Source: Eledone cirrhosa (taxonomy: Eukaryota). Taken from it: a stretch of 64,000 bases of DNA. The translations under genes were made by a program, and so were the position numbers. Below the pieces are notes generated by a model. That model was not told the DNA's origin and did not search any database. It worked only from the letters and a program-made list of their open reading frames with translations. The stretch's first letter is position 1. Every line of letters starts with the position of its first letter. This document shows, piece by piece, positions 11,282 to 22,548 of this stretch. The stretch covers positions 31,800-95,799 of the forward strand of contig CAXHJY010000134.1 in NCBI GenBank assembly GCA_964016885.1. Reading direction: 5' to 3'.

Positions 11282-14200
11282 CTAAATTGGAATTGGAAGC
11301 TGTGAACGAAATAGCTGGCAATTATCTGAAGGCTATACGATCTAAAGGTGTAGAAACGACATTTGAAACGCTCAATGTTTTGTTATATGTTTCAGCTGTC
11401 ACATTGCTATCATATAACACACATCTAAAACCACGCAATCAAGATACAAACAGAAAGCCTGAAGCAGCGTGGATGCGAAATTTAAAAACCAAAATTTTGT
11501 CCCTGAGACGAAGTATCTCACACATCGCAGTCGTTATGAAATGCAACATAGAGAGCAACTTCACACGACACCAGGAAGACCTAAAGAAAAAGTTAGAGAG
11601 ACGATTTGGAGATGCCAAATTTAAAACTTTGAACTCCAAATTACACCAGTTGAAACAACAACTCACAGCTCCAACAGAAAGACTAAAATATAAGTCAACA
11701 GCACATAAACGACAAGTGCTAAATAGATTGTTTGCCAGAGATCCTAAATCAGTTTATCGCAGCTTCGGTGGCAAAAGCTCAATCCCTGTAAACGACACCC
11801 CTTCAAAAGAACAGGTTGAGAACTACTGGAGATCTGTATGGGAAACGGATGACGGATTCAACAGACAAGCTAATTGGCTAAAACAACTGGAACAGGACTA
11901 CTGCCAACATGTCCAGACAAAACAATATGACATAGATGGGTCAATACTGGAAACAGCTCTACAGAAAATGTCGAATAGGAAATCGCCAGGCCCAGACCTC
12001 ATTACAGGATACTGGTTGAAGAATTTCACTTTCTATCGGCAAGATCTCATACGGCTGTTTACAGAAACCATTAAGGGCACACAAGAACTGCCCAGATGGT
12101 TATCAACTGCCACTACTCTCCTTATTCCCCAAAATAGCCAAACCACCCTTGCTAAAAATTACCGCCCAATTGCCTGCCAAAACATCATGTATAAATTATA
12201 TACTGGGTGCCTTAACCTGTTCTTACAGGATCACTGTGCTACCAACAACATCATAACACCTGAGCAAGCTGGTGGAAAGAGGGAGGTGTGGGGTTGCATA
12301 GATCACCTACTAACTAACAAAATGATTCAGGAAAAAACAACAAAGAATCGCAGAAACATGACTGTCGTGTGGCTGGACTATCAAAAAGCATTTGATAGTG
12401 TACCTCATGGGTGGATTATTAAGGCTTTACAGTTAGCTAAAGTCCCACAACCATTAGTAGCTGCTGTTGAACGCCTGACCAAGAACTGGTACACCAATTT
12501 GATCCTTAGAGGTGAGAAGGAGCAGGTTAAGACTGATAGGATACATTACCAGAAGCGCATCTTTCAGGGTGATAGCTTGTCAGTACTACTCTTCGTTCTC
12601 TCACTGAATCCACTATCTTACCTACTCAGGAAACAAGGTGGACAAAGAAGTGGGCCCAGAAGTATCTCCCATCTTTTCTTTGTTGATGATCTGAAGTTGA
12701 ATGGGCCAAATATCAATGACATCAAGAAACAATTGGACCTCATTACACAATTTTCAACCGACATCAAAATGAAATTTGGTGAGTCCAAGTGTGCATATTT
12801 GGCAGTAAAACGTGGAAGAGCTGTGCCCTCCTCTAGAAATCTAGAGATGAACGGCCTGACAATACAACCTCTGCAGTCAGGTGACAACTACAGATATCTT
12901 GGACAGGATGAGAATGTCAGATATGATGGACCCATAAATAAGGAGAGAACCAGAACTGAATACCTCAGAAGAGTAAAAAAAATATGGTCATCAGAACTGT
13001 CAGCATACAACAAATACATTGCCCACAATACCTATGCTGTGCCAATTCTAACGCCAACATTTGGCCTACTGAACTGGTCATTGCAAGAACTAAGTGAGAT
13101 GGATGTTAGAACTCGAAAACTTCTCAGTGTTACTGGGAACTTTAACATCAATGGTGATGTGGATAGGCTATACTTCTCACGCAAGGAAGGTGGCCGGGGT
13201 CTAAAATCAATATTAACAACATATGAGACCCGGATAGTAACACTGAAGCAACACCTTCAACAGAGGAAAAAGGTTGGCGACCATCTTGCTCAGGTTTATG
13301 AGCATGAAAAAAGAAATATCATTAGAATAGCGACTGATCTGGAGGAGAGATATGGAATAAAGCCTGATATAAATCTCTCACCCAGAGAAATCGGAAGATC
13401 CTATTCAATGTTCAAACAAGAAAAAAAAATTGACCAATTTACAGCGAAAGTTGTGCATGGATACTTGAGGCGTAAAACACAGACCATAGAGGGGATAAAC
13501 CACTCAAAAAGCCTGGCATGGAGTTCCGACAAGTTTATGACATCACACCTTGAGGGATATCTCTATGCAATACAGGAACAAGAACTCCCTACCAAATATC
13601 TGCTGCACAAAAGAGGAGGGCCAGCAGCTGACAATAAATGTAGGCTATGTAAAACAAAGATCGAGGATGTAAGCCACATTGTTGCCAGCTGCGAAAGAAT
13701 GTCATCTCGCTACTACCTCCCCATGAGACACGATGGGATAGCTAGAACTATCTGGAACGCACTTCGGAAAACAAAATTAACAACAAACGAGGAAGAATAT
13801 ATTGAGACAGATGGCACTAAGGAATACTGGTGGAACCTGAAAATAAAAACTGCCACCAAATTAAAGCACAACCGGCCTGATATTGTAGTTTGGGACCACA
13901 CATTGAAAACGTGTTCTGTTGTGGAGATCAGCTGCCCACTTGATGTAAACGTTGTCAGAAAAATACAGGAGAAGGAGGACATCTACGGACCATTGATGAG
14001 GAGTTTACAAATCCAGTATCCAAGATACACCTTTAGCTTCATACCCATCATTATTGGTGCTACGGGTTATATACCAACCCGCTTGGACCAAAGTATGACC
14101 GAACTTGGATTTGCGGACAAAAAGCGCAGCTCCCTAATTCATAGTCTACAAATGGCTGCGATAGATGGCACCTTCAAAATTTGCAAAACATTCTTGCGAT

Positions 14201-14292
14201 TCAAGGGATGACAATTTCTTTTCTTTTACAACCTTGCCACCAGGAAGGTGGCCGGTCAAAAAAATATACTCGAAATTAAGAGAAAGAGAAAA
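11282..14292 (+). mobile_element. R4/Dong-clade non-LTR retrotransposon, 5'-truncated, embedded in (TACA)n
   Basis: Both flanks are (TACA)n. One uninterrupted ORF and a short 3'UTR ending AAATTAAGAGAAAGAGAAAA. Confidence 0.9.
11284..14211 (+). CDS. RT + CCHC zinc knuckle + restriction-like endonuclease (R4/Dong ORF, N-terminally truncated)
   Basis: Motifs KSPGPD, NYRPIAC, WLDYQKAFDSVPH, IFQGDSLS, FFVDD, YRYLG, CRLC..HIVASC, RHD and RPDIVVWD..VVEISCP. The first ~37 aa of the track ORF come from the flanking repeat and microsatellite. Confidence 0.9.
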   Translation, partial: KLELEAVNEIAGNYLKAIRSKGVETTFETLNVLLYVSAVTLLSYNTHLKPRNQDTNRKPEAAWMRNLKTKILSLRRSISHIAVVMKCNIESNFTRHQEDLKKKLERRFGDAKFKTLNSKLHQLKQQLTAPTERLKYKSTAHKRQVLNRLFARDPKSVYRSFGGKSSIPVNDTPSKEQVENYWRSVWETDDGFNRQANWLKQLEQDYCQHVQTKQYDIDGSILETALQKMSNRKSPGPDLITGYWLKNFTFYRQDLIRLFTETIKGTQELPRWLSTATTLLIPQNSQTTLAKNYRPIACQNIMYKLYTGCLNLFLQDHCATNNIITPEQAGGKREVWGCIDHLLTNKMIQEKTTKNRRNMTVVWLDYQKAFDSVPHGWIIKALQLAKVPQPLVAAVERLTKNWYTNLILRGEKEQVKTDRIHYQKRIFQGDSLSVLLFVLSLNPLSYLLRKQGGQRSGPRSISHLFFVDDLKLNGPNINDIKKQLDLITQFSTDIKMKFGESKCAYLAVKRGRAVPSSRNLEMNGLTIQPLQSGDNYRYLGQDENVRYDGPINKERTRTEYLRRVKKIWSSELSAYNKYIAHNTYAVPILTPTFGLLNWSLQELSEMDVRTRKLLSVTGNFNINGDVDRLYFSRKEGGRGLKSILTTYETRIVTLKQHLQQRKKVGDHLAQVYEHEKRNIIRIATDLEERYGIKPDINLSPREIGRSYSMFKQEKKIDQFTAKVVHGYLRRKTQTIEGINHSKSLAWSSDKFMTSHLEGYLYAIQEQELPTKYLLHKRGGPAADNKCRLCKTKIEDVSHIVASCERMSSRYYLPMRHDGIARTIWNALRKTKLTTNEEEYIETDGTKEYWWNLKIKTATKLKHNRPDIVVWDHTLKTCSVVEISCPLDVNVVRKIQEKEDIYGPLMRSLQIQYPRYTFSFIPIIIGATGYIPTRLDQSMTELGFADKKRSSLIHSLQMAAIDGTFKICKTFLRFKG

Positions 14293-14557
14293 CATACATA
14301 CATACATACATACGTACGTACGTACGTACATACATACATACATACATACATACATACATACATACATACATACATACGTACGTACGTACGTACATACATA
14401 CATACATACATACATACATACATACATACATACATACATACATGACTTTCTAGTTGACCTGTCTAATGAAAGCTTTGTTTCTGGGCTAGAGACTTAATCT
14501 TTCTCTATTGGTGAGAAAATTTATAACTAAAACCTGAAGAATATGCACACATACATA

Positions 14558-14835
14558 TGTAGCCGTAAGTTGATACTCTCCCCAATAGAGTTTCTTCTTC
14601 ACTATGAAGCGGTCACCTTTAAAATGGTCTTTGGTGGCCTCATAGATAGGTTACCATTGTGAATCGGGTTTTATCTGAGGTTTTGACATAACAAACAGTC
14701 ATCTGCTTGTTTTTGTACTCCGGAAACTGAATGAGCGATAGTGATAAATAGCAGGCTCCCAGAGTCAAAGACAACAGTTAGAGTTGATTCCGAGCAGTTA
14801 AGATGTGGTCCACTGTCTCACACAGGCCCCGTGCG

Positions 14836-14874
<39 letters not shown>

Positions 14875-15233
14875 GTCCCCTCTCTCTCTGCCCCCCCCCT
14901 CTCTCTCTCTCGCTGGCTGCCAGGCCAACGACCATCATCACATTACAGAAGGGCGGTAAATGACATATTTTGAATCATTGCACACACGCATACACAACAA
15001 CAACTTAAGCCTTGTTTTCTTATATTGTCAACAATAGCCAGGTAACAGGTTATTTGGTTTATAAAGTTAGGTTTCTAAAATTAGGTTTGTAAGTAGCGAC
15101 AATGTTTTATATCTTCATTCAACAGCATTTCACACAGCGCTTTATATGGGACAATCCTTACAACTACAACAGCCACGCTAAAGTGAACAAAGAACCACAG
15201 TATCAACATCGCTAACTCATCTCTATCACTACA
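14558..15233. mobile_element. Putative solo LTR
   Basis: TGTAG...CTACA termini with an internal (CT)n tract. No clear TSD. Confidence 0.35.
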
Positions 15234-15424
15234 TCAAACAAAAAATAGACACATAATTACATACATACATACGTACATACACACGTACATACATACACAT
15301 GTACGTACACATACATACGTACGTACATACATACATACATACATACATACATACATACATACATAAATACATACATACATACATACATACATACATACAT
15401 ACATACATACATACATACATACAT

Positions 15425-16641
15425 AAATATGATCATCAGAACTGTCAGCGTACAACAAATACATTGCCCACAATACTTATGCTGTGCCAATTCTAACGCC
15501 AACATTTGGCCTGCTGAACTGGTCATTGCAAGAACTAAGTGAGATGGATGTTAGAACTCGCAAACTTCTCAGTGTTACTGGGAACTTTAACATCAATGGT
15601 GATGTGGATAGGCTATACTTCTCACGCAAGGAAGGTGACCGGGGTCTAAAATCAATATTAACAACATATGAGACCCGGATAGTAACACTGAAGCAACACC
15701 TTCAACAGAGGAAAAAGGTTGGCGACCATCTTGCTCAGGTTTATGAGCATGAAAAAAGAAATATCATTAGAATAGCGACTGATCTGGAGGTGAGATATGG
15801 AATAAAGCCTGATATAAATCTCTCACCCAGAGAAATCGGAAGATCCTATTCAATGTTCAAACAAGATAAACAAATTGACCAATTTACAGAAAAAGTAGTG
15901 CATGGATACTTGAGGCGTAAAACACAGACCATAGAGGGGATAAACCACTCAAAAAGCCTGACATGGAGTTCCGACAAGTTTATGACATCACACTTTGAGG
16001 GATATCTCTATGCAATACAGGAACAAGAACTCCCTACCAAATATCTGCTGCACAAAAGAGGAGGGCCAGCAGCTGACAATAAATGTAGGCTATGTAAAAC
16101 AACGATCGAGGATGTAAGCCACATTGTTGCCAGCTGCGAAAGAATGTCATCTCGCTACTACCTCCCCACGAGACACGATGGGATAGCTAGAACCATCTGG
16201 AACGCACTTCGGAAAACAAAATTAACAACAAACGAGGAAAAATATATTGAGACAGATGGCACTAAGGAATACTGGTGGAACCTGAAAATAAAAACTGCCA
16301 CCAAATTAAAGCACAACCGGCCTGATATTGTTGTTTGGGACCACACATTGAAAACGTGTTCTGTTGTGGAGATCAGCTGCCCACTTGATGTAAACGTTGT
16401 CAGAAAAATACAGGAGAAGGAGGACATCTACGGACCATTGATGAGGAGTTTACAAATCCATTATCCAAGATACACCTTTAGCTTCATACCCATCATTATT
16501 GGAGCTACGGGTTATATACCAACCAGCTTGGACCAAAGTATGACCGAACTTGGATTTGCGGACAAAAAGCGCAGCTCCCTAATTCATAGTCTACAAATGG
16601 CTGCGATAGCTGGCACCTTCGAAATTAAGAGAAAGAGATAA
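15425..16641 (+). mobile_element. Second R4/Dong copy (3' third, with deletion near the 3' end)
   Basis: Near-identical to 12981-14292. Flanked by (TACA)n; lacks the segment containing the normal stop codon. Confidence 0.9.
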
Positions 16642-16653
16642 CATACATACATA

Positions 16654-16930
16654 GTAAACGTTGTCAGAAAAATACAGAAGGAGGACATCTACGGACCATT
16701 GATGAGGAGTTTACAAATCCAGTATCCAAAGTATGACTGAACTTGGATTTTCGGACAAAGAGCGCAGCTCCCTAATTCATAGTCTACAAATGGCTGCGAT
16801 AGCTGGCACCTTCAAAATTTGCAAAACATTCTTGCGATTCAAGGGATGACAATTTCTTTTCTTTTACAACCTTGCCACCAGGAAGGTGGCCGGTCAAAAA
16901 AATATACTCAAAATTAAGAGAAAGAGATAA
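16654..16930 (+). mobile_element. Third R4/Dong 3' fragment with internal deletion
   Basis: Matches 13945-14292 minus an internal block; flanked by CATA repeats. Confidence 0.85.
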
Positions 16931-17242
16931 CATACATACATACATACGTACATACGTACATACGTACATACGTACATACGTACATACGTGCGTACATATT
17001 CAGTTGGTGTCTAAATTCCAATGAAAGAGCTTATTGTTTGGATCAGAAACCGGATCTTTCTCTATTGGTGAGAAATTTCGATTCTAGATCCGGAAAAATA
17101 TACATACATACGCACGCATACATACATACATACATACATACATACATACATACATACATACATACATACATACATACATACATACATACACACGCATACA
17201 TACATACAAACATAAACACGTATACATACATACACACATACA

Positions 17243-17652
17243 TGGTGGCTGCCAACTCGTTTTCGAGTACGGCCACTACTTTATATCTATGTAGGAGAAC
17301 CCCTACCGATGCGCTGAACGAGTGTGACTTTTTAGTCCAGCCAGCGACTTGAAAACTCTGGTACAAACACTACACTTGTGACAATTACTGACACATAGTG
17401 CTGGGCCCATGGTACCATGTGACGACAAGTGCAGAGAGATCTCCAGATATAAAGCAATGCCTGTGCCGTGAAGCTTTTATAGTGAGCAAAGGCACTGCAC
17501 AAAGCCAATCCCACTCTCTTAACCAAGATGATATTTACCAAAAAGAATAACAAGTCAACATCATTGGATACCATCAGGGTTGCAGGTGCTATATCAGAGT
17601 TTTCCTTCTCCTAGAATTCTGCCTTGACAAAGGCTAAGGGGTCATCTCTCCC
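17243..17652 (-). mobile_element. Short RTE-derived element, 5'-truncated
   Basis: Matches 10612-11020. Confidence 0.85.
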
Positions 17653-17690
17653 GGTGATGTCAGGTCACCAGTTGGTGCTACTGGTGACAT

Positions 17691-18266
17691 GTATCCCAGT
17701 ACAACATGGCTCATGGTTGGGTCGTTGGCGACTAAACTGGCAACCCCACCAAGGTTTCTTGGTGAGGAGGGTGACTTTGGACATCCTGCAGGACTAAAAA
17801 CAAAACCTGTCAAAGGGCAAAGAAGCTCTTAAGAGTCAATGGCCATCCAAAATCACTGGGAGAGATGACCCCTTAGCCTTTGTCAAGGCAGAATTCTAGG
17901 AGAAGGGAAACTCTGATATAACACCTGCAACCCTGATGGTATCCAATGATGTTGACTTGTTCTTCTTTTTGGTAAATATCATCTTGGTTAAGAGAGTGGG
18001 ACTGGCTTTGTGCAGTGCTTTTGCTCACTATAAAAGTTTCACGTCACAGGCATTGCTTTATATCTGGAGATCTCTCTCCACTTGTCATCACATGGTACCA
18101 TGGGCCCAGCACTATGTGTCAATAATGGTCACAAGTGTAGTGTTTGTACCAGAGTTTTCAAGTCGCTGGTTGAACTAAAAAGTCACACTCGTTCAGCGCA
18201 TCGGTAGGGGTTCTCCTACATGGATATAAAGTAGTGGCCGTACTCGAAAACGAGTTGGCAGCCACC
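17691..18266 (+). mobile_element. Short RTE-derived element, full-length, (ATGT)-type tail
   Basis: Reverse complement of 10612-11194. Confidence 0.85.
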
Positions 18267-18269
18267 ATG

Positions 18270-18300
<31 letters not shown>

Positions 18301-18411
18301 GTATGTATATGTATGTGTGTATGTATATGTATGTGTATATATATGTATATATATATGTATATATATATTTATATGTATGTATGTGTGTGTATATGTATGT
18401 ATATGGTGGCA

Positions 18412-18577
18412 TGAATCCCAGTACAACCTGTCGCATGGTCGGGTCGTTGGCGACTAAACTGGCAACCCCACCAAGGTTTCTTGGTGAGGAGGGTGACTTT
18501 GGACATCCTACAGGACTAAAAACAAAACCTGTCAAAGGGCAAAGGAGCTCTTAAGAGTCAATGGCCATCCAAAATCA
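18412..18577 (+). mobile_element. 5' fragment of the short RTE-derived element
   Basis: Matches 17694-17855. Confidence 0.8.
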
Positions 18578-18669
18578 CGCACATACATACATACATGACT
18601 ATGGCTGTCCCCTCGTTATCGAGTATGGCCATTGCACGAAAAAAACAACAACATAATAACGACAATAAT

Positions 18670-18841
18670 AATTGTTTCTACTTTTGGCACAAGGCCAGCA
18701 ATTATCCTAGTGTATTACTGGTACTTTATTTTATCGACCCCGTAAGGATGAAAGGCAAAGTTTGAACTCAGATCATAAAGGGAGGTAAAGGTAACTCTAT
18801 GTTTCAAAGCATGGCGTCTGACCCTCTACCGATACTGCCAA
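18670..18841 (-). mobile_element. tRNA-derived SINE abutting a Tx1 tail
   Basis: Same family as 2442-2616; followed by (AAT)n. Confidence 0.85.
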
Positions 18842-18910
<69 letters not shown>

Positions 18911-19228
18911 TTCTTTATTGGCCACAAGGGCTGACATCAAGAAAAACATTACAGACGGCACAGGACGGTACAGGACGGTACAGGACGGTACAAGACGGTA
19001 CGATGTGGGTTTTGTGCGTGTAAATATTTTTATTATTTATATAAGAAAAGAAAAAAAGGACATAGAAACATATATATATATAAACAATAAAAATGAAAAT
19101 TGAAAAAATGAAAAATTCCCCAATAGGGAGGAAACCTCCGAGGGTTACTCGTGGCGAAAACCACACAAAAGACCATGGCCACTCTGACCCCCAGGGCAAG
19201 CGCCCTCTCAATTTTTCCATTTCTCAAA

Positions 19229-22200
19229 CTACAGGCGTATATTCAGAGTGGTCCCGTTCACTCGGACCATTCTCGCTACATTCACCCACCTTTCAACAAA
19301 CTTGCTAGAAGGCAGCACTTGCTTCTCCACCCTGATTTTCCTCTTCAAGTGAAACTTGAAAAAGTTAATTAGGGATTCGCCGAAGAGGAAAGTGTCTGTC
19401 TTTAACCCTTTCAACCTTGTCCACCACACAATCTCTTTCGCCATGGCCACCAGGCAGATAAAAACCACCTGCCCTTCCTCCTCGAAGGAAGACGGCGAGA
19501 CCATCTGCACAATGGAGTCAGTCGATAACCGGATCAGTCCTACACGCGACAGCAACTGTTCGACATAGCTCCACAAGTCAGCAATGCTCGGGCACTGAAC
19601 GAGTGCGTGAACGACGGTTTCGTCGCTCTGCGCGCATCTCGGACAGGCTCGGCTGACGGCACTTCCGTGCCTGTAGAGCTTATCTCGAACCGGCAGCGCT
19701 CCCCGGTAGCACTGCCAGGCCAGGGATTTTTGGAAGTTATCCATAGGCCCTGGGCTGAAAGTTCTCCGGAAGAGAGCAAACAGCTGATCTTCTTCGACGC
19801 CCAGGATCTCTCCGAGAACGTCGTCGCTCATCCCCTCCACTAGTCCTCTACAGAACGCCGAGGTGGATGTTCCACCGATACTGGTGCCCAGCTGGCAGAG
19901 GGCAGTGAGCGCCTGGAGACATTCCAGTTTCCAAGCGCTATCCCTCGGTCTTTTTCTGACCCAGGACTGCAGCTCCGTCAAGGAGACGAGCTGTGGGAAA
20001 ACGTGCCTGGCGAAAGGCGACTACACCGGTTCACCGTCAAGGAAGCACCAGAGATGTCGCAGCCTCCGCGCATGTTTGCGCATCATCAGCCATGGCATGC
20101 CCAGTCCTCCACGCAACGGGTGTTGACAGCAGATGGATCGTCTGACCATGGGAGCGCATCCCTTCCACAAAAAGCGGAAGAGGGGGCGCTCCATTTTGGC
20201 TCATTTCTGGGTGAGGGAGGCCACCTTGCTCGTTACCTCGTTCCAGTTTTTTTCCATCTGGAGATCCGGTCCGAACCAGACCCCGAGCAATTTAACCAGT
20301 CCGTCTGTCCAACGCCCCACGACGCTGTCGGACGGCATGGACTTGCCTCTCCAGGTGCCGAGCTGCAGGCCCACCGACCTTTTCTAGTTTATCTTTGCTC
20401 CTGTCACCGCTTCGTATTCCTTGAGAGCGGTACCGAGCATCTGGACTTGTTTGGTGCTCGACACCACCACGGTGACGTCGTCGGCGTAAGCCGACACGGA
20501 TTTCCCGCTTCCCAGTTCGCGTGGGACGCCCCTCATCGCCCCCAGTTTGTGCAGTAACGGCTCGAGAGCCAATAAGTACAAGAGGGACGAGAGGGGACAA
20601 CCCTGGCGGACTGAGCGCATGATGCTGAACGGCTGCGACAGGTGACCGTTCACCCTTACAACTTAGCAGATGTCGCTGAACATCGCTGCGATCCAACCCC
20701 TGAAAACGGGCCCGAAACCGGCTGCCTCGAGGACCGCCGCCAGGTACCGATGGTCGACCCTATCGAATGCTTTGGATTGATCCAAATTGATCAGGGCCCC
20801 ACCCGTGCCAGGTTCCTTAACCACCCTCTCTATGATGTATCGCATGAGGTGGAGGTTGTCGTGTATGGATCTGTCCGGAATGGCGCATGTCTGCGCCTCT
20901 CCCACCAGAGCCTTGGCGACAAGCGCCAACCTCGTTGCTAACACCTTGGCCAAAATCTTGAACTTTGCGTTTAGCAGGGTTATGGGCCTGAAATTATCGA
21001 CAACATCCCCCTTGTTCGGGTCTTTTCTCAGCAGCACCACCGCTCCCCGGCTCACAAAACTTGGAAAGCTCCCGTTCTGCTGCCAGTTTCAGTAGACGTC
21101 TGCCAAGAGGTCACCGAACAAGTGTGGCATAAATGCATAAAGCTCGTAGGGCAGACCATCCAAACATGGCGATTTACCCCTCGTGCAGTTAGCCATCGCT
21201 TCCCGTATTTCACCGGCTGTTATTGGCTTTTCGCAACACTGTGCTGCGGTCGTCGAGAGCCGAGGCAGTCCGTCGAGGTATGCACTGAAGTCCATGCCCC
21301 GATCCGGGCCGCCGCTGCTCCCGAACAGTTCAGCAAAGTGCTGCTGACAAGCTTCACACATCCGCTAGGGTTCGAGCGTCACGCACCCGTTTTGGTTAGA
21401 CAAAGACCGAATTGTGGCTTTGTTGCCACGTCACGCCTCTGCCACCCGGGCCCATTGGACGGCTTTTGTCCCTTCGTGTTTCAGAGCACGCGCTCTAGCT
21501 CTGACAACGCAGCCTTCGTGTTTTGCGTTGAAGAATTGGTCGAGTGCCAATCTCGCCGCAAGCACCTCGGTTGCGATGCCTGTCCTAAACGCCTCTTTTA
21601 GCTTTCTGACTAGCTCTCCCTCTACTCTATTTTCCTCTATCACTACTCCTTTGCTAAACCTAATCGACTCTACTTTAATTGCCCTTTTCAGGGCGAACCA
21701 CCACCTGTTGTTGACGACCGCTCCCGTCAACGCCCGCTTAACTAATAAGCTAATCCGGTCTCTGTAGGCTTTGCGCGCCAGGAAAGACGTGTTCAGCTTC
21801 CAGTAACCGGGCCCTTGTCGATGAAGTCTGTCTATGTCGATCTCACAGATCACAAATTTGTGGTCTGTGTAGTCGACTATTTTAAATTGTGGACAACTTA
21901 TACTAGCCTTATCTAGTTCTCTGCAGAATACCCTATCGAGATACGATCTGGATGACTCGATGCGGTTTGTCCATGTCCACATTGGCACATTCGGGTGATC
22001 CAGTCGATACCTGTCAGACAGTTCAAAACGTCTGAGTTGGTGAGGCGTTGCACCCTCCTCCCCTATCCAGTAGCCCCACACAATCCCAGCGTGCATCCAA
22101 GATACTGTTCTAGTCGCCCACTAACACTAAGATCGGGACGTTTCAAGAAAGGACTCTAGACGTCTGAAGAAATCTGTTGGAGTGTAGACGGCTACTAGCC

Positions 22201-22518
22201 TGAAAGCATTGCCTTCGCTGCCGGTCACGTCCAGCACCACGGACTTACCTTCTGGGTCTAGGAAGATGGCCTGTATGGCGAGATCCAAGCCTCTCCGAAA
22301 AAGGACGGCAACCCCGCCCCCGATCCTGGACGGCTGGGAGATGCGTATACATCGTAGCCGCCGAAGATCGGTGCGAAGGCTTGTGCTTCGGAGATTCTGG
22401 TCTCACTGATGCCCACCACATCTATATTTAGTGACCTGAGGTCGTTGAGCAGGTGACCCTACTTCCAAGATGACCCCAGGCAACGTGCATTTATACTGCC
22501 TATTCTGAGTACGGCCAT
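19229..22518 (-). pseudogene. Tx1 #1 ORF2 (APE endonuclease-RT-zinc finger), disrupted
   Basis: MAVLRIG start, SYLDR, TDHK, PGYWKLN, NFRPITLLN, LDQSKAFDRVDH, VRQGCPLS, YADD and CPRC..ETVVHALVQC across several frames. Confidence 0.9.
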
Positions 22519-22548
22519 GTTGGATGAGAAACGAGGCAAGTGAGAAAG

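Noticed and set aside
11173-11283. N-terminus of the 1012-aa ORF
   Set aside because: Derived from the adjacent repeat and (TACA)n; the element is 5'-truncated and this is not its real start.
17691-17940. HDV-like ribozyme in RTE 5' regions
   Set aside because: Known in some RTE elements, but I could not fold a convincing nested double pseudoknot by eye.
19356-21767. Plus-strand ORFs overlapping Tx1 and RTE ORFs
   Set aside because: Antisense shadows of GC-richer coding sequence with no recognisable domains.
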